Assembly (NCBI GenBank): GCA_947591115.1
Contig: CANQCX010000001.1
Location: 1 to 43,502 of the forward strand
DNA from: an uncultured Lachnospiraceae bacterium
Lineage (GTDB): Bacteria > Bacillota > Clostridia > Lachnospirales > Lachnospiraceae
DNA: 43,502 nt
Reading direction: 5' to 3'
Shown: positions 7,930 through 16,586 of the stretch, piece by piece
Position numbering within the stretch: the stretch's first letter is position 1
Layout of the letters: each line of letters opens with the position of its first letter
Made by a program: the position numbers and the translations under genes
Notes under the pieces: generated by a model
Database searches by the model: none
Seen by the model: the letters and a program-made list of their open reading frames with translations, nothing else
Told to the model about the DNA's origin: nothing

Positions 7930-9921
7930 ATGAAGAATGTAGAAAAGTATAAAAGACAGTACTTCCTGCCGCCGGTTTATGGCTTGGAATGGGCGAAAAA
8001 GGATCATATTGAAAAAGCGCCGATCTGGTGCTCCGTAGATCTGAGGGACGGAAATCAGGCGCTGATCGAGCCGATGGGACTGGAAGAAAAAATCGAATTT
8101 TTCCAGATGCTGGTAGACATCGGGTTTAAGGAAATTGAAGTCGGGTTTCCGGCGGCGTCCGAAACGGAATTTGATTTTCTGCGCGCGCTGATCGAGCGGG
8201 GAATGATACCGGAGGACGTTACGATTCAGGTATTGACGCAGGCAAGGGAGCATATTATCAAAAAGACGTTTGAAGCGCTGAAGGGCGCGCCGCGCGCCAT
8301 TGTGCATCTGTACAATTCGACCTCGGTAGCGCAGCGCGAGCAGGTGTTCCGGAAGGATAAGGAGCAGATCAAAGCGCTTGCCGTAGACGGCGCCAAATTG
8401 CTGAAGCGTCTGGCGGATGAAACGGAAGGAAATTTCTCCTTTGAATACAGTCCGGAAAGCTTTCATGGAACCGAGGTGGAGTATGCACTGGATGTCTGCA
8501 ATGCCGTACTGGACGTCTGGCAGCCGACTGCGGACAGGAAGGCGGTTATCAACATTCCGGCAACGGTGGAAACCGCCATGCCGCATGTATTTGCTTCCCA
8601 GATTGAATACATGAGCAAAAATTTAAAATATCGGGAAAATGTAGTGCTGAGCCTGCATCCTCATAATGACAGGGGCTGCGGAGTCAGCGATACGGAGCTT
8701 GGCATACTGGCGGGGGCGGATCGCGTGGAAGGGACGCTGTTCGGAAACGGAGAGCGTACCGGAAATGTTGATATTATCACAGTTGCCATGAACCTGTTTT
8801 CTTACGGCATCGATCCGGAGCTGGATTTTTCCAATATGCCGGAGATTTCCGAGCGTTATGAACGCTTGACGAAAATGAGCGTGTCAAACCGCCAGCCGTA
8901 TGCGGGAAGTCTGGTATTTACCGCATTTTCCGGCTCGCATCAGGATGCGATCGCAAAAGGCATGAACTGGCGGGAGACGAAGAAACAGACGATATGGGAT
9001 GTTCCGTATCTGCCGATCGATCCGGTCGATGTTGGAAGAACCTATGATGCGGATGTAATCCGGATCAACAGCCAGTCCGGAAAAGGCGGGATCGCCTATA
9101 TCCTGAAACAGAATTATTCGATCTCCATACCGGAGAGAATGCGGGAAGAGGTCGGCTACGCCGTAAAGCAGGTCAGCGACGAGGAGCACAAAGAGCTTTC
9201 GCCTCAGTGGGTTTACGAAATTTTTGAGGAGAACTACATTGATTATTCTCCGAACTTTAAAATTTTAGAGTGCCATTTCAAACAAAACGACGGAATCATG
9301 GCGGAAGTAACCATTGCGGCAGGAGAAAAGAAAACCATCGTAGATGCGAACGGAAACGGACGGCTGGACGCGGTCAGCAACACGATCAAGCAATTTTTCG
9401 GGATCAGCTACGAACTGTCCGTTTACGAGGAGCACGCATTGTCCAAAGGCTCCTCCTCCAAAGCGATGGCGTATGTCGGAATTGTCTGCGACCAGAAAGC
9501 GTACTGGGGAGCAGGGATCGACGAGGACATTATCAAGGCCTCGGTCAATGCGCTTGTAGTAGCGGTCAACAAGCTTCCGCAGGTGCAGAACGACAAAAAT
9601 ATGAAAGACGACCGCCTGATGACGATGTTAAACTTTATGCAGGCAAATTACCAGACGGTTACGCTGGAGGATATGGCAAAGGAATTTCATTTTTCCACGC
9701 CGTATATTTCCAAGTACATTAAAGACAAATCCGGAAAAACATTTGGGGAACATCTGACGCAGATGCGGTTAAAAAGGGCGAAAAGCCTTTTGAAGAACGG
9801 AAATATGACCGTAGAAAATATTGCGAACGTGGTGGGTTATCCGAATGCCGAGCATTTTATCCGTCTGTTTAAAAAGACATTTGACATGACTCCGGTGCAG
9901 TATCGGAACTTAAACCGATAA
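7930..9921 (+). CDS. leuA: 2-isopropylmalate synthase (yeast/actinobacterial type) fused to a C-terminal AraC HTH domain
   Basis: [40 protein letters not shown] and the regulatory domain. The last ~105 aa form an AraC double HTH ([21 protein letters not shown]...[29 protein letters not shown]). Confidence 0.93.
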   Translation: MKNVEKYKRQYFLPPVYGLEWAKKDHIEKAPIWCSVDLRDGNQALIEPMGLEEKIEFFQMLVDIGFKEIEVGFPAASETEFDFLRALIERGMIPEDVTIQVLTQAREHIIKKTFEALKGAPRAIVHLYNSTSVAQREQVFRKDKEQIKALAVDGAKLLKRLADETEGNFSFEYSPESFHGTEVEYALDVCNAVLDVWQPTADRKAVINIPATVETAMPHVFASQIEYMSKNLKYRENVVLSLHPHNDRGCGVSDTELGILAGADRVEGTLFGNGERTGNVDIITVAMNLFSYGIDPELDFSNMPEISERYERLTKMSVSNRQPYAGSLVFTAFSGSHQDAIAKGMNWRETKKQTIWDVPYLPIDPVDVGRTYDADVIRINSQSGKGGIAYILKQNYSISIPERMREEVGYAVKQVSDEEHKELSPQWVYEIFEENYIDYSPNFKILECHFKQNDGIMAEVTIAAGEKKTIVDANGNGRLDAVSNTIKQFFGISYELSVYEEHALSKGSSSKAMAYVGIVCDQKAYWGAGIDEDIIKASVNALVVAVNKLPQVQNDKNMKDDRLMTMLNFMQANYQTVTLEDMAKEFHFSTPYISKYIKDKSGKTFGEHLTQMRLKRAKSLLKNGNMTVENIANVVGYPNAEHFIRLFKKTFDMTPVQYRNLNR

Positions 9922-9929
9922 CCGGCAGG

Positions 9930-9961
9930 GCCGCCCTTCCGTTGGATACGGCGGCTTTTTG
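9930..9961 (+). terminator. Rho-independent terminator
   Basis: GCCGCC-cttccgttggatac-GGCGGC followed by TTTT. Confidence 0.65.
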
Positions 9962-10062
9962 CGTTTTCAATATTCTATGTGGAATAATGACAAGAAATAT
10001 GCTATAATAACGTCGAACATGATATTGTGCGAATGGAAAAGGGGTTAAGGAGGAGAACAGCA

Positions 10063-10983
10063 GTGAGATTAGTAACGCGATCGGATTTTGATGGATTGGC
10101 ATGCGGAGCCTTGCTTTTGGAGGCCGGAATTATTGACAGTTGGAAATTTGCGCATCCGAAGGATCTTCAGGATGGTCTGGTTGAGATCGATGAAAATGAC
10201 TGTCTGGCGAACGTGCCGTATGTAGAAGGCTGCGGCCTGTGGTTTGATCATCACTCCAGCGAGCATGAAAGGCTGCAACTACAGGGGAAATACAAAGGAG
10301 AGAGCCGTATCACGCCATCCTGTGCGCGGATCATTTACGAATACTACGGGGGAAGAGAGCGCTTCCCGCAGTTTGATGATATGATGGTTGCAGTGGATAA
10401 GGTGGACTCCGGCAATCTGACCATAGATGAGATCATGAATCCGCAGGGATGGATTCTGGTCGGCTTCTTGATGGACCCGCGGACGGGTCTTGGCCGCTGG
10501 AGACAGTTTACCATCCCGAACTATCTGCTGATGGAGAAGCTGATGCAGGCGTGCCGCACCATGACGACGGAGGAAATTCTGGCGCTTCCGGATGTTCAGG
10601 AGAGGATCGAGGTTTATCAAGAGCAGACAGAAAAATTCAAGGAAATGGTAACGGCGCATACCAGAGTTGAGGGAAATGTGATCATTTCCGATCTGCGCGG
10701 GGTAGATCCGATTTATACCGGCAATCGCTTCATGATCTACAGCATGTATCCGGAGCAGAACATTTCCGCATGGATCGTCAGCGGACGCGGAGGAAAAGGA
10801 TGCTCCGCAGCGGTTGGCTACAGCATTTTAAACAAAACGTCGGACGTAAATGTCGGCAGCCTGATGCTGAAATATCATGGAGGCGGACATAAAAAGGTAG
10901 GAACCTGCCAGTTTTCCGATGAAAATATGGAGACGGAACTGCCGAAAATGTTAAAAGAACTGTGTGAGCTGGCAAATCAGTAA
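10063..10983 (+). CDS. DHH-family phosphoesterase (nanoRNase/exopolyphosphatase-like)
   Basis: AGGAG RBS then GTG at 10063. Motifs RSDFDG, WFDHH and GGGH (DHHA1). Confidence 0.85.
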   Translation: MRLVTRSDFDGLACGALLLEAGIIDSWKFAHPKDLQDGLVEIDENDCLANVPYVEGCGLWFDHHSSEHERLQLQGKYKGESRITPSCARIIYEYYGGRERFPQFDDMMVAVDKVDSGNLTIDEIMNPQGWILVGFLMDPRTGLGRWRQFTIPNYLLMEKLMQACRTMTTEEILALPDVQERIEVYQEQTEKFKEMVTAHTRVEGNVIISDLRGVDPIYTGNRFMIYSMYPEQNISAWIVSGRGGKGCSAAVGYSILNKTSDVNVGSLMLKYHGGGHKKVGTCQFSDENMETELPKMLKELCELANQ

Positions 10984-11004
10984 ACGCTGGCGCTGTCGGG
11001 AGGA

Positions 11005-13164
11005 ATGCCAGTGGATATTCATGTACGAAAAATTAACAAAAGCCTGATCGTAGGGTGGTGGCTGATCGTTGCAATTTTGTTTGTTTCCTATTGCGGCGAG
11101 GTAATCAAAGGCGAGCGGACACTGTCATATTTAGCGGTATTTTTGCTGGTTACGGTCATTCCGCCGGTTCTTTGCACTGCGGTATACCAAAAAGACGCGG
11201 AATGCAAAAGACTCCGTTACTATATAGTAACGGGTTATTTTCTCATGTATTTGTTTAGCATGGCAACGGGCAGCACCAGTCTGGTATTTTGTTATATACT
11301 TCCCCTGCTGGCATTTCTCGTTCTGTATCATCAGCCGAATCTGATTCTGGTAACCGGAATCGCGGCGATCGTGGTAAACGTAATCTCTATCGTACTCCGC
11401 GCGCCGGAGGGAGCGCTGACGCTTTCCGGCAGCAAGGATTCCGAGATACAGCTTGCGCTGTTGTTTCTGTGTTTCAGCGGTTCCTATGCCGCGACCAAGC
11501 TGTATGATGAAATGAACCGGCAAAACAATGAATACGTCCGGATGCTGGATGAGAAAAACATCCAGATCCAGAAAATTACCCTGCAGACGATTACCACGAT
11601 CGCCAATACGATCGATGCGAAGGATGAATACACCAAAGGTCATTCCCGCAGAGTATCGGAATACTCGGTAGCGATCGCGGAGGAGATGGGTTTTTCGGAA
11701 AAAGAAATAAGGGAGATCCGCGCCATTGCGCTTTTGCATGATATCGGAAAGATCGGCGTGCCGGATGCGGTGCTCAATAAGCCGGGGAAGCTGACGCAGG
11801 AAGAGTATCAGTTGATGAAGCAGCATACCGTAATCGGCGCGGAAATTTTAAAAGATATTGAAATGCTGCCGGGAATCGACATCGGGGCAAAGTATCATCA
11901 TGAGCGGTATGACGGCAAGGGTTATCCGGACGGACTAAAAAAAGAAGAAATTCCAAAGATCGCCCGTATCATTGCGGTCGCCGATGCATACGATGCGATG
12001 ACCAGCAACCGCGTATACCGCAAACAACTGACCGATGAAAAGGTCATGTCCGAATTGGAAAAAGGAAACGGAACCCAGTTTGATCCGGAAGCGGTTACGG
12101 CGCTGCTGAAGCTGTTAAAAGAAGGAAAAATAGAAAATATAAGCCAAAAAGCGCAGGAGGAAGAGCATTTAAGCGATGCCTCCCAAATCCTCGCCCGAAT
12201 TATGGAAAGGCAGGAAGAGCTGAGCGCGGAGCGGCTGGTTTTGGACGAACTGACCGGAGTATATAACAAGACGTATGGGGAACGTCTGTTAAAAGAAACG
12301 GTCGGCAAGGAAAAAGGCTGTCTGATTTTGTTTGATATCGACCATTTCCGGCTGATCAATGACGGCTCCGGATATATTACCGGCGATATCTGTTTAAAGC
12401 TGGCGGCGGAAGCGATGCGGAAGATGAGCGGACATATGGTCGTTTCCCGTTTTGGAGGAGACGATTTCGTAGCGTACACGCCGGATTTCCGTACAAAAGA
12501 AGAAGCAGGTCAGGCGCTGGAGCGCTTTACGGAAGAAGTGAAAAGCACGATCGCGATCAAAGATAAATCGCAGGAAATTTCCGTATCTGCCGGAGTCGTA
12601 ATGTGCGAAGAAGGGGAGACGTTCGAAGAAGCGCTCATAAAAGCGGACAAAGCCTTGTACGTGGCAAAGACCAAAGGAGGAAATCAATCGTTTTTCCATG
12701 GGCGGGCGCAGAAGGAGGACAGAGCGCTTTCCCATACGGATCTTTCGCGGCTGGTGCATATGATGCACCATAACGGTCAGTATGAAGGCGCTTTTCAGAC
12801 GACGTATCCGGAATTCCAGAGGATATACGAATTTATCAAGAAGGTTTCGGAGCGGAACCGCCAAAAAATGCAGATGGTACTTTTTACGGTGCTGCCGAAT
12901 CATGAGGAGAGGGTATCGGTAGAAGAACGGCAGCGGGTAATGGAGCTTTTGGATAAGGCGATCATCGTATCGGTGCGCGGCGTGGACGTAACCACCAGAT
13001 ACAGCAGCACCCAGCGACTGGTGCTTTTGATGAACATGAATGACGAACAGATTCACATTGTAACGGATCGGATCATGAAAGAATTTTTCCGGATGTACGA
13101 AAAAAAGGAAATCAGCGTCTATTATGATATTGCGGATCTGGATGTGGCCGCAGAAAACGAATAA
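11005..13164 (+). CDS. Membrane-bound HD-GYP + GGDEF protein with an extra degenerate GGDEF-like C-terminal domain
   Basis: N-terminal TM helices. HD-GYP motifs YTKGHS, LHDIGK, HHERYDGKGYP. GGDEF motifs DELTG, DIDHF, RFGGDDF, ADKALY. Confidence 0.9.
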   Translation: MPVDIHVRKINKSLIVGWWLIVAILFVSYCGEVIKGERTLSYLAVFLLVTVIPPVLCTAVYQKDAECKRLRYYIVTGYFLMYLFSMATGSTSLVFCYILPLLAFLVLYHQPNLILVTGIAAIVVNVISIVLRAPEGALTLSGSKDSEIQLALLFLCFSGSYAATKLYDEMNRQNNEYVRMLDEKNIQIQKITLQTITTIANTIDAKDEYTKGHSRRVSEYSVAIAEEMGFSEKEIREIRAIALLHDIGKIGVPDAVLNKPGKLTQEEYQLMKQHTVIGAEILKDIEMLPGIDIGAKYHHERYDGKGYPDGLKKEEIPKIARIIAVADAYDAMTSNRVYRKQLTDEKVMSELEKGNGTQFDPEAVTALLKLLKEGKIENISQKAQEEEHLSDASQILARIMERQEELSAERLVLDELTGVYNKTYGERLLKETVGKEKGCLILFDIDHFRLINDGSGYITGDICLKLAAEAMRKMSGHMVVSRFGGDDFVAYTPDFRTKEEAGQALERFTEEVKSTIAIKDKSQEISVSAGVVMCEEGETFEEALIKADKALYVAKTKGGNQSFFHGRAQKEDRALSHTDLSRLVHMMHHNGQYEGAFQTTYPEFQRIYEFIKKVSERNRQKMQMVLFTVLPNHEERVSVEERQRVMELLDKAIIVSVRGVDVTTRYSSTQRLVLLMNMNDEQIHIVTDRIMKEFFRMYEKKEISVYYDIADLDVAAENE

Positions 13165-13192
13165 GAAAGCGAGCAAGATTGGGGGATAACGA

Positions 13193-14548
13193 ATGGAAGA
13201 AAAAGAAATTACAGGTGTCAAAGTGCGGACGATCTGCTTTTGGCTGCTGATATCTGCAATTATTTTGTTTATATTGCTGCTTTTCGGCCTGTTCCATATT
13301 ACGGTAAGCTATCGGTCGCTGGTCGATTCGACCAACACCTATATAGAGGCGGAAACCAATATACGGATGCTGGAATCGGCGCATTCTTATCTTACGGAAA
13401 CCTCGCGCCAATATGCCGTTACGATGGAGCCGTCCTATATGGACGCATACTTCGAAGAAGTATATGAAAGCCAGCGGAGGGAAAAGGCGGTAGAAGAGCT
13501 GGTAAAGCTGGCAAAAGGAAAGCGGAAGCTGAGGACAGCGTTGGAGGGCGTGGTAGAGGGGTCTTCGGCAATGATGGAATTGGAGATACACTCCATGAGG
13601 CTTGTTTCCGTTTTGAACGGTCTGGATGAGGCGCAGCTTCCGGAAGACGTGGCTGCTTATGAGTTGACGCAGGAGGAAATGGACGCCAGCGATCTGGAAT
13701 TGAGAAACAGCGCTTACAAGCTGGTTTTCGGGAAGGACTATCAGGCGCTGCAGCAGCAGATCTTGGGCAATCTGTCCGATGTTACCGATGCGGTGTCCGA
13801 GATTACCGAGCGGGAGCAGACAAGCAGCAGGGAGAATCTGCAGAAGTCGCTGACGGAGCTGCAGATCTATGTTTTTCTGCTGTTCCTTCTGACAGTGGTC
13901 ATTTTTGTCATTCTGACCTTCTTTGTCCTGCGTCCGGTCAACCGCTATGTGCGCTGCATCGAAGAAGAAAAGGATATGGAAGTCAAGGGATTGTATGAAT
14001 TTAAATTTCTGGCCTATACTTATAATAAGATCCATAACCGTAACATGACAAACAGTCAGGAGCTTCAAAGAAAAGCGGAGCATGATGCCCTGACCGGCAT
14101 CTGGAACCGCACCACCTTTGAATCGCTCAAGGAGAGCATGACCAAGTCGTTCTGTCCGCTGACGCTTCTCTTGATCGATGTGGACAATTTTAAAGGCGTG
14201 AATGACAATTACGGACATGAGATCGGGGATCGCGCGCTGAAACGCGTGGCAAAAATGTTAAAGGAGCAGTTCCGTTCCAACGACTATCCGATCCGAATCG
14301 GCGGCGACGAGTTTGCAGTTCTCATGGTCAATGCCACGCCGAGGGACAAGGCGGTAATCCGGCAGAAGATCAACGGAATCAATGAGGCGCTGCAAAAGGG
14401 AAAAAGCGGGATTCCGCCACTGTCGCTCAGCGTCGGCGTGGCGTTTTCCGAGTCCGGATATAACAATGAGCTGTATCTGAAAGCCGATGCGGCGCTTTAC
14501 CGTACGAAAGAAAAAGGAAAATGCGGTATTACATTCCATGGCGAATAA
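13193..14548 (+). CDS. Membrane diguanylate cyclase (GGDEF)
   Basis: Two TM segments flank an extracellular domain. Motifs HDALTG, DVDNFK, RIGGDEF, ADAALY. Confidence 0.93.
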   Translation: MEEKEITGVKVRTICFWLLISAIILFILLLFGLFHITVSYRSLVDSTNTYIEAETNIRMLESAHSYLTETSRQYAVTMEPSYMDAYFEEVYESQRREKAVEELVKLAKGKRKLRTALEGVVEGSSAMMELEIHSMRLVSVLNGLDEAQLPEDVAAYELTQEEMDASDLELRNSAYKLVFGKDYQALQQQILGNLSDVTDAVSEITEREQTSSRENLQKSLTELQIYVFLLFLLTVVIFVILTFFVLRPVNRYVRCIEEEKDMEVKGLYEFKFLAYTYNKIHNRNMTNSQELQRKAEHDALTGIWNRTTFESLKESMTKSFCPLTLLLIDVDNFKGVNDNYGHEIGDRALKRVAKMLKEQFRSNDYPIRIGGDEFAVLMVNATPRDKAVIRQKINGINEALQKGKSGIPPLSLSVGVAFSESGYNNELYLKADAALYRTKEKGKCGITFHGE

Positions 14549-15374
14549 GCGCCGGATTTTGGAAACGGAAGCAGGGAAACGGTTGACAGAGTTAGAGGCA
14601 TATTACAACAAATTCAACGAAGACAAGCGGCTGGACAGCCGACATGGACAGGTGGAGTTTTGCACCTCCATGAAATATATCCGCCAATATCTGGAGCTTT
14701 TGCAAAAAGACCGGCCAAAAGAGAAAATCCGGATTCTGGACGTGGGAGCGGGTACCGGACGGTACAGTATTCCGCTTTCGGAGGAAGGGTATGACGTTTC
14801 CGCCATCGAGCCGGTACGCCACAACCTCGGGAGATTAAAGAAAAAAGGCAGTTCGGTCAAAGCGTGGGAGGGCAATGCGCTCAAACTTTCCCGATTTGCG
14901 GATGAAAGCTTTGACCTTACGCTGCTGTTCGGCCCGATGTATCATTTACATACTTATGAAGACAAGCTTCAGGCGTTGAAAGAGGCGAAACGGGTAACGC
15001 GAACGGGCGGATTTGTGTTTGCTGCATATATTATGAATGAGTACAGCGTCATTACCTATGCGTTTAAGGAGCGGCATATCAAAGACAGCCTGTGCAAAGG
15101 GATGCTGGACGAAACGTTTCACTGTACGCAGACCGCCAATCCGCTGTACAGTATGGTGCGGTTAGAGGACATTGCCGCGCTGAATAAAGACGCCGGACTG
15201 CAGCGGGAGAAGATCATTGCGGCGGACGGAGCCGCAAACTATATGCGCCCGTTTTTAAATGCACTGGATGAAGAAGAATTTTCGTGTTTTTTGTCCTATC
15301 ATCTGGCAACCTGCGAGCGGGCGGAGCTGATGGGGGCAAGCGCACATACCGTAGATATTCTGCGGATAAAATAA
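14538..15374 (+). CDS. Class I SAM-dependent methyltransferase
   Basis: ILDVGAGTGRY and FGPMYHL motifs. Likely ATG at 14538. Confidence 0.85.
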   Translation: MANKRRILETEAGKRLTELEAYYNKFNEDKRLDSRHGQVEFCTSMKYIRQYLELLQKDRPKEKIRILDVGAGTGRYSIPLSEEGYDVSAIEPVRHNLGRLKKKGSSVKAWEGNALKLSRFADESFDLTLLFGPMYHLHTYEDKLQALKEAKRVTRTGGFVFAAYIMNEYSVITYAFKERHIKDSLCKGMLDETFHCTQTANPLYSMVRLEDIAALNKDAGLQREKIIAADGAANYMRPFLNALDEEEFSCFLSYHLATCERAELMGASAHTVDILRIK

Positions 15375-15394
15375 TCAATTTTAGGAGTGAACAA

Positions 15395-16525
15395 ATGAAA
15401 AACAGACGAAAAGGGACGGCATGGTGTCTGCTGGGATGTCTTTTGCTGAGCGGCTGCACGTTTTCGGAAAGTCCAACGCAAAAGCTGGCGCAGGCGGATA
15501 TTTCGTTCCGGCTTCCGCAGCAGATATTTGCGGCTGTGCCGACGGAAAAGGTAAAAGAAAGCATTCCCGTTGTAGAGAAGGTAACCATTACCGCGACGGG
15601 AGACTGTACCTTAGGCGCGACTCAGACGCATGGTTATGCAGGCTCGTTCCACCAGTACTATGATGATTACGGAGAAACCTATTTCTTTCAGGGCGTTCGG
15701 GATGTATTTGAAAACGACGATCTGACGCTGATCAATCTGGAATGCGTTCTGACGACGTCGGAGGCGCGTGTGGAAAAGACATGGAATCTGAAAGGGAAAC
15801 CGGAATACACAGGGATCATGACCAGCAGCTCGGTCGAAGCGTGCAGTCTGGGAAACAATCACACGAAGGATTATGGGGAAGCCAGCCATACGGATACGGA
15901 AAACGCGCTGAATGAAGCGGGGATCGTCTTCGGATATAACGACCATGTAGGAATTTATACCACGCAGGAAGGCGTAACGATCGGAATCGTCTCCGCCAGT
16001 CTGCTTTCGCAGAACGCCCAGAACGAGGGTTATATTCAAAAGGGGATCGAGCAGTTGAAGGATCAGAAGGTAGATCTGATCGTCGCCTGCTGTCACTGGG
16101 GAATTGAACGGGAATATTTTCCGAACGATTATCAGCAGACAACGGCGCACCGGATCATTGACTGGGGCGCGGATCTGGTAATCGGAAATCATCCGCATGT
16201 TCTTCAGGGCATCGAAGAATACAAAGGAAAGATAATCTGCTACAGTCTCGGCAATTTCTGCTTTGGCGGGAACAAGAATCCGCAGGATAAAAATACCATG
16301 ATGTTCCAGCAGACCTTTACTTTGATAAACGGAGAGCTTCAGCCGGAACTGGATGTAACGATCATTCCCTGCCGGCTGAGTTCAAAAACCGGAAGCAATG
16401 ATTTTCAACCGACGATCCTTTCGGGAGAAGGCAAGCAGAACATCATTGACAAGGTAAATTCCTACTCCGCGCCGTACAGTTCGGTCTCCTTTGATACGGA
16501 AGGGAAAATGCATCTGGATGATTGA
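15395..16525 (+). CDS. CapA/PGA_cap family metallophosphatase-like lipoprotein
   Basis: AGGAG RBS and ATG at 15395. Lipobox LLLSGC. Motifs GDC, NLE, LGNNH, HWG, GNHPH, YSLGNF. Confidence 0.88.
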   Translation: MKNRRKGTAWCLLGCLLLSGCTFSESPTQKLAQADISFRLPQQIFAAVPTEKVKESIPVVEKVTITATGDCTLGATQTHGYAGSFHQYYDDYGETYFFQGVRDVFENDDLTLINLECVLTTSEARVEKTWNLKGKPEYTGIMTSSSVEACSLGNNHTKDYGEASHTDTENALNEAGIVFGYNDHVGIYTTQEGVTIGIVSASLLSQNAQNEGYIQKGIEQLKDQKVDLIVACCHWGIEREYFPNDYQQTTAHRIIDWGADLVIGNHPHVLQGIEEYKGKIICYSLGNFCFGGNKNPQDKNTMMFQQTFTLINGELQPELDVTIIPCRLSSKTGSNDFQPTILSGEGKQNIIDKVNSYSAPYSSVSFDTEGKMHLDD

Positions 16526-16586
16526 CATTTTGTCAATTTTATAGAACAATAAAGATATCTGTAAAAAAGCTTGAGGTTATTTATTT

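Noticed and set aside
13112-14218. Long antisense ORFs (this one, and 1681-2517, 26446-27537, 35236-36516, 39870-40886)
   Set aside because: They are shadows of well-supported + strand genes and have no recognisable motifs.
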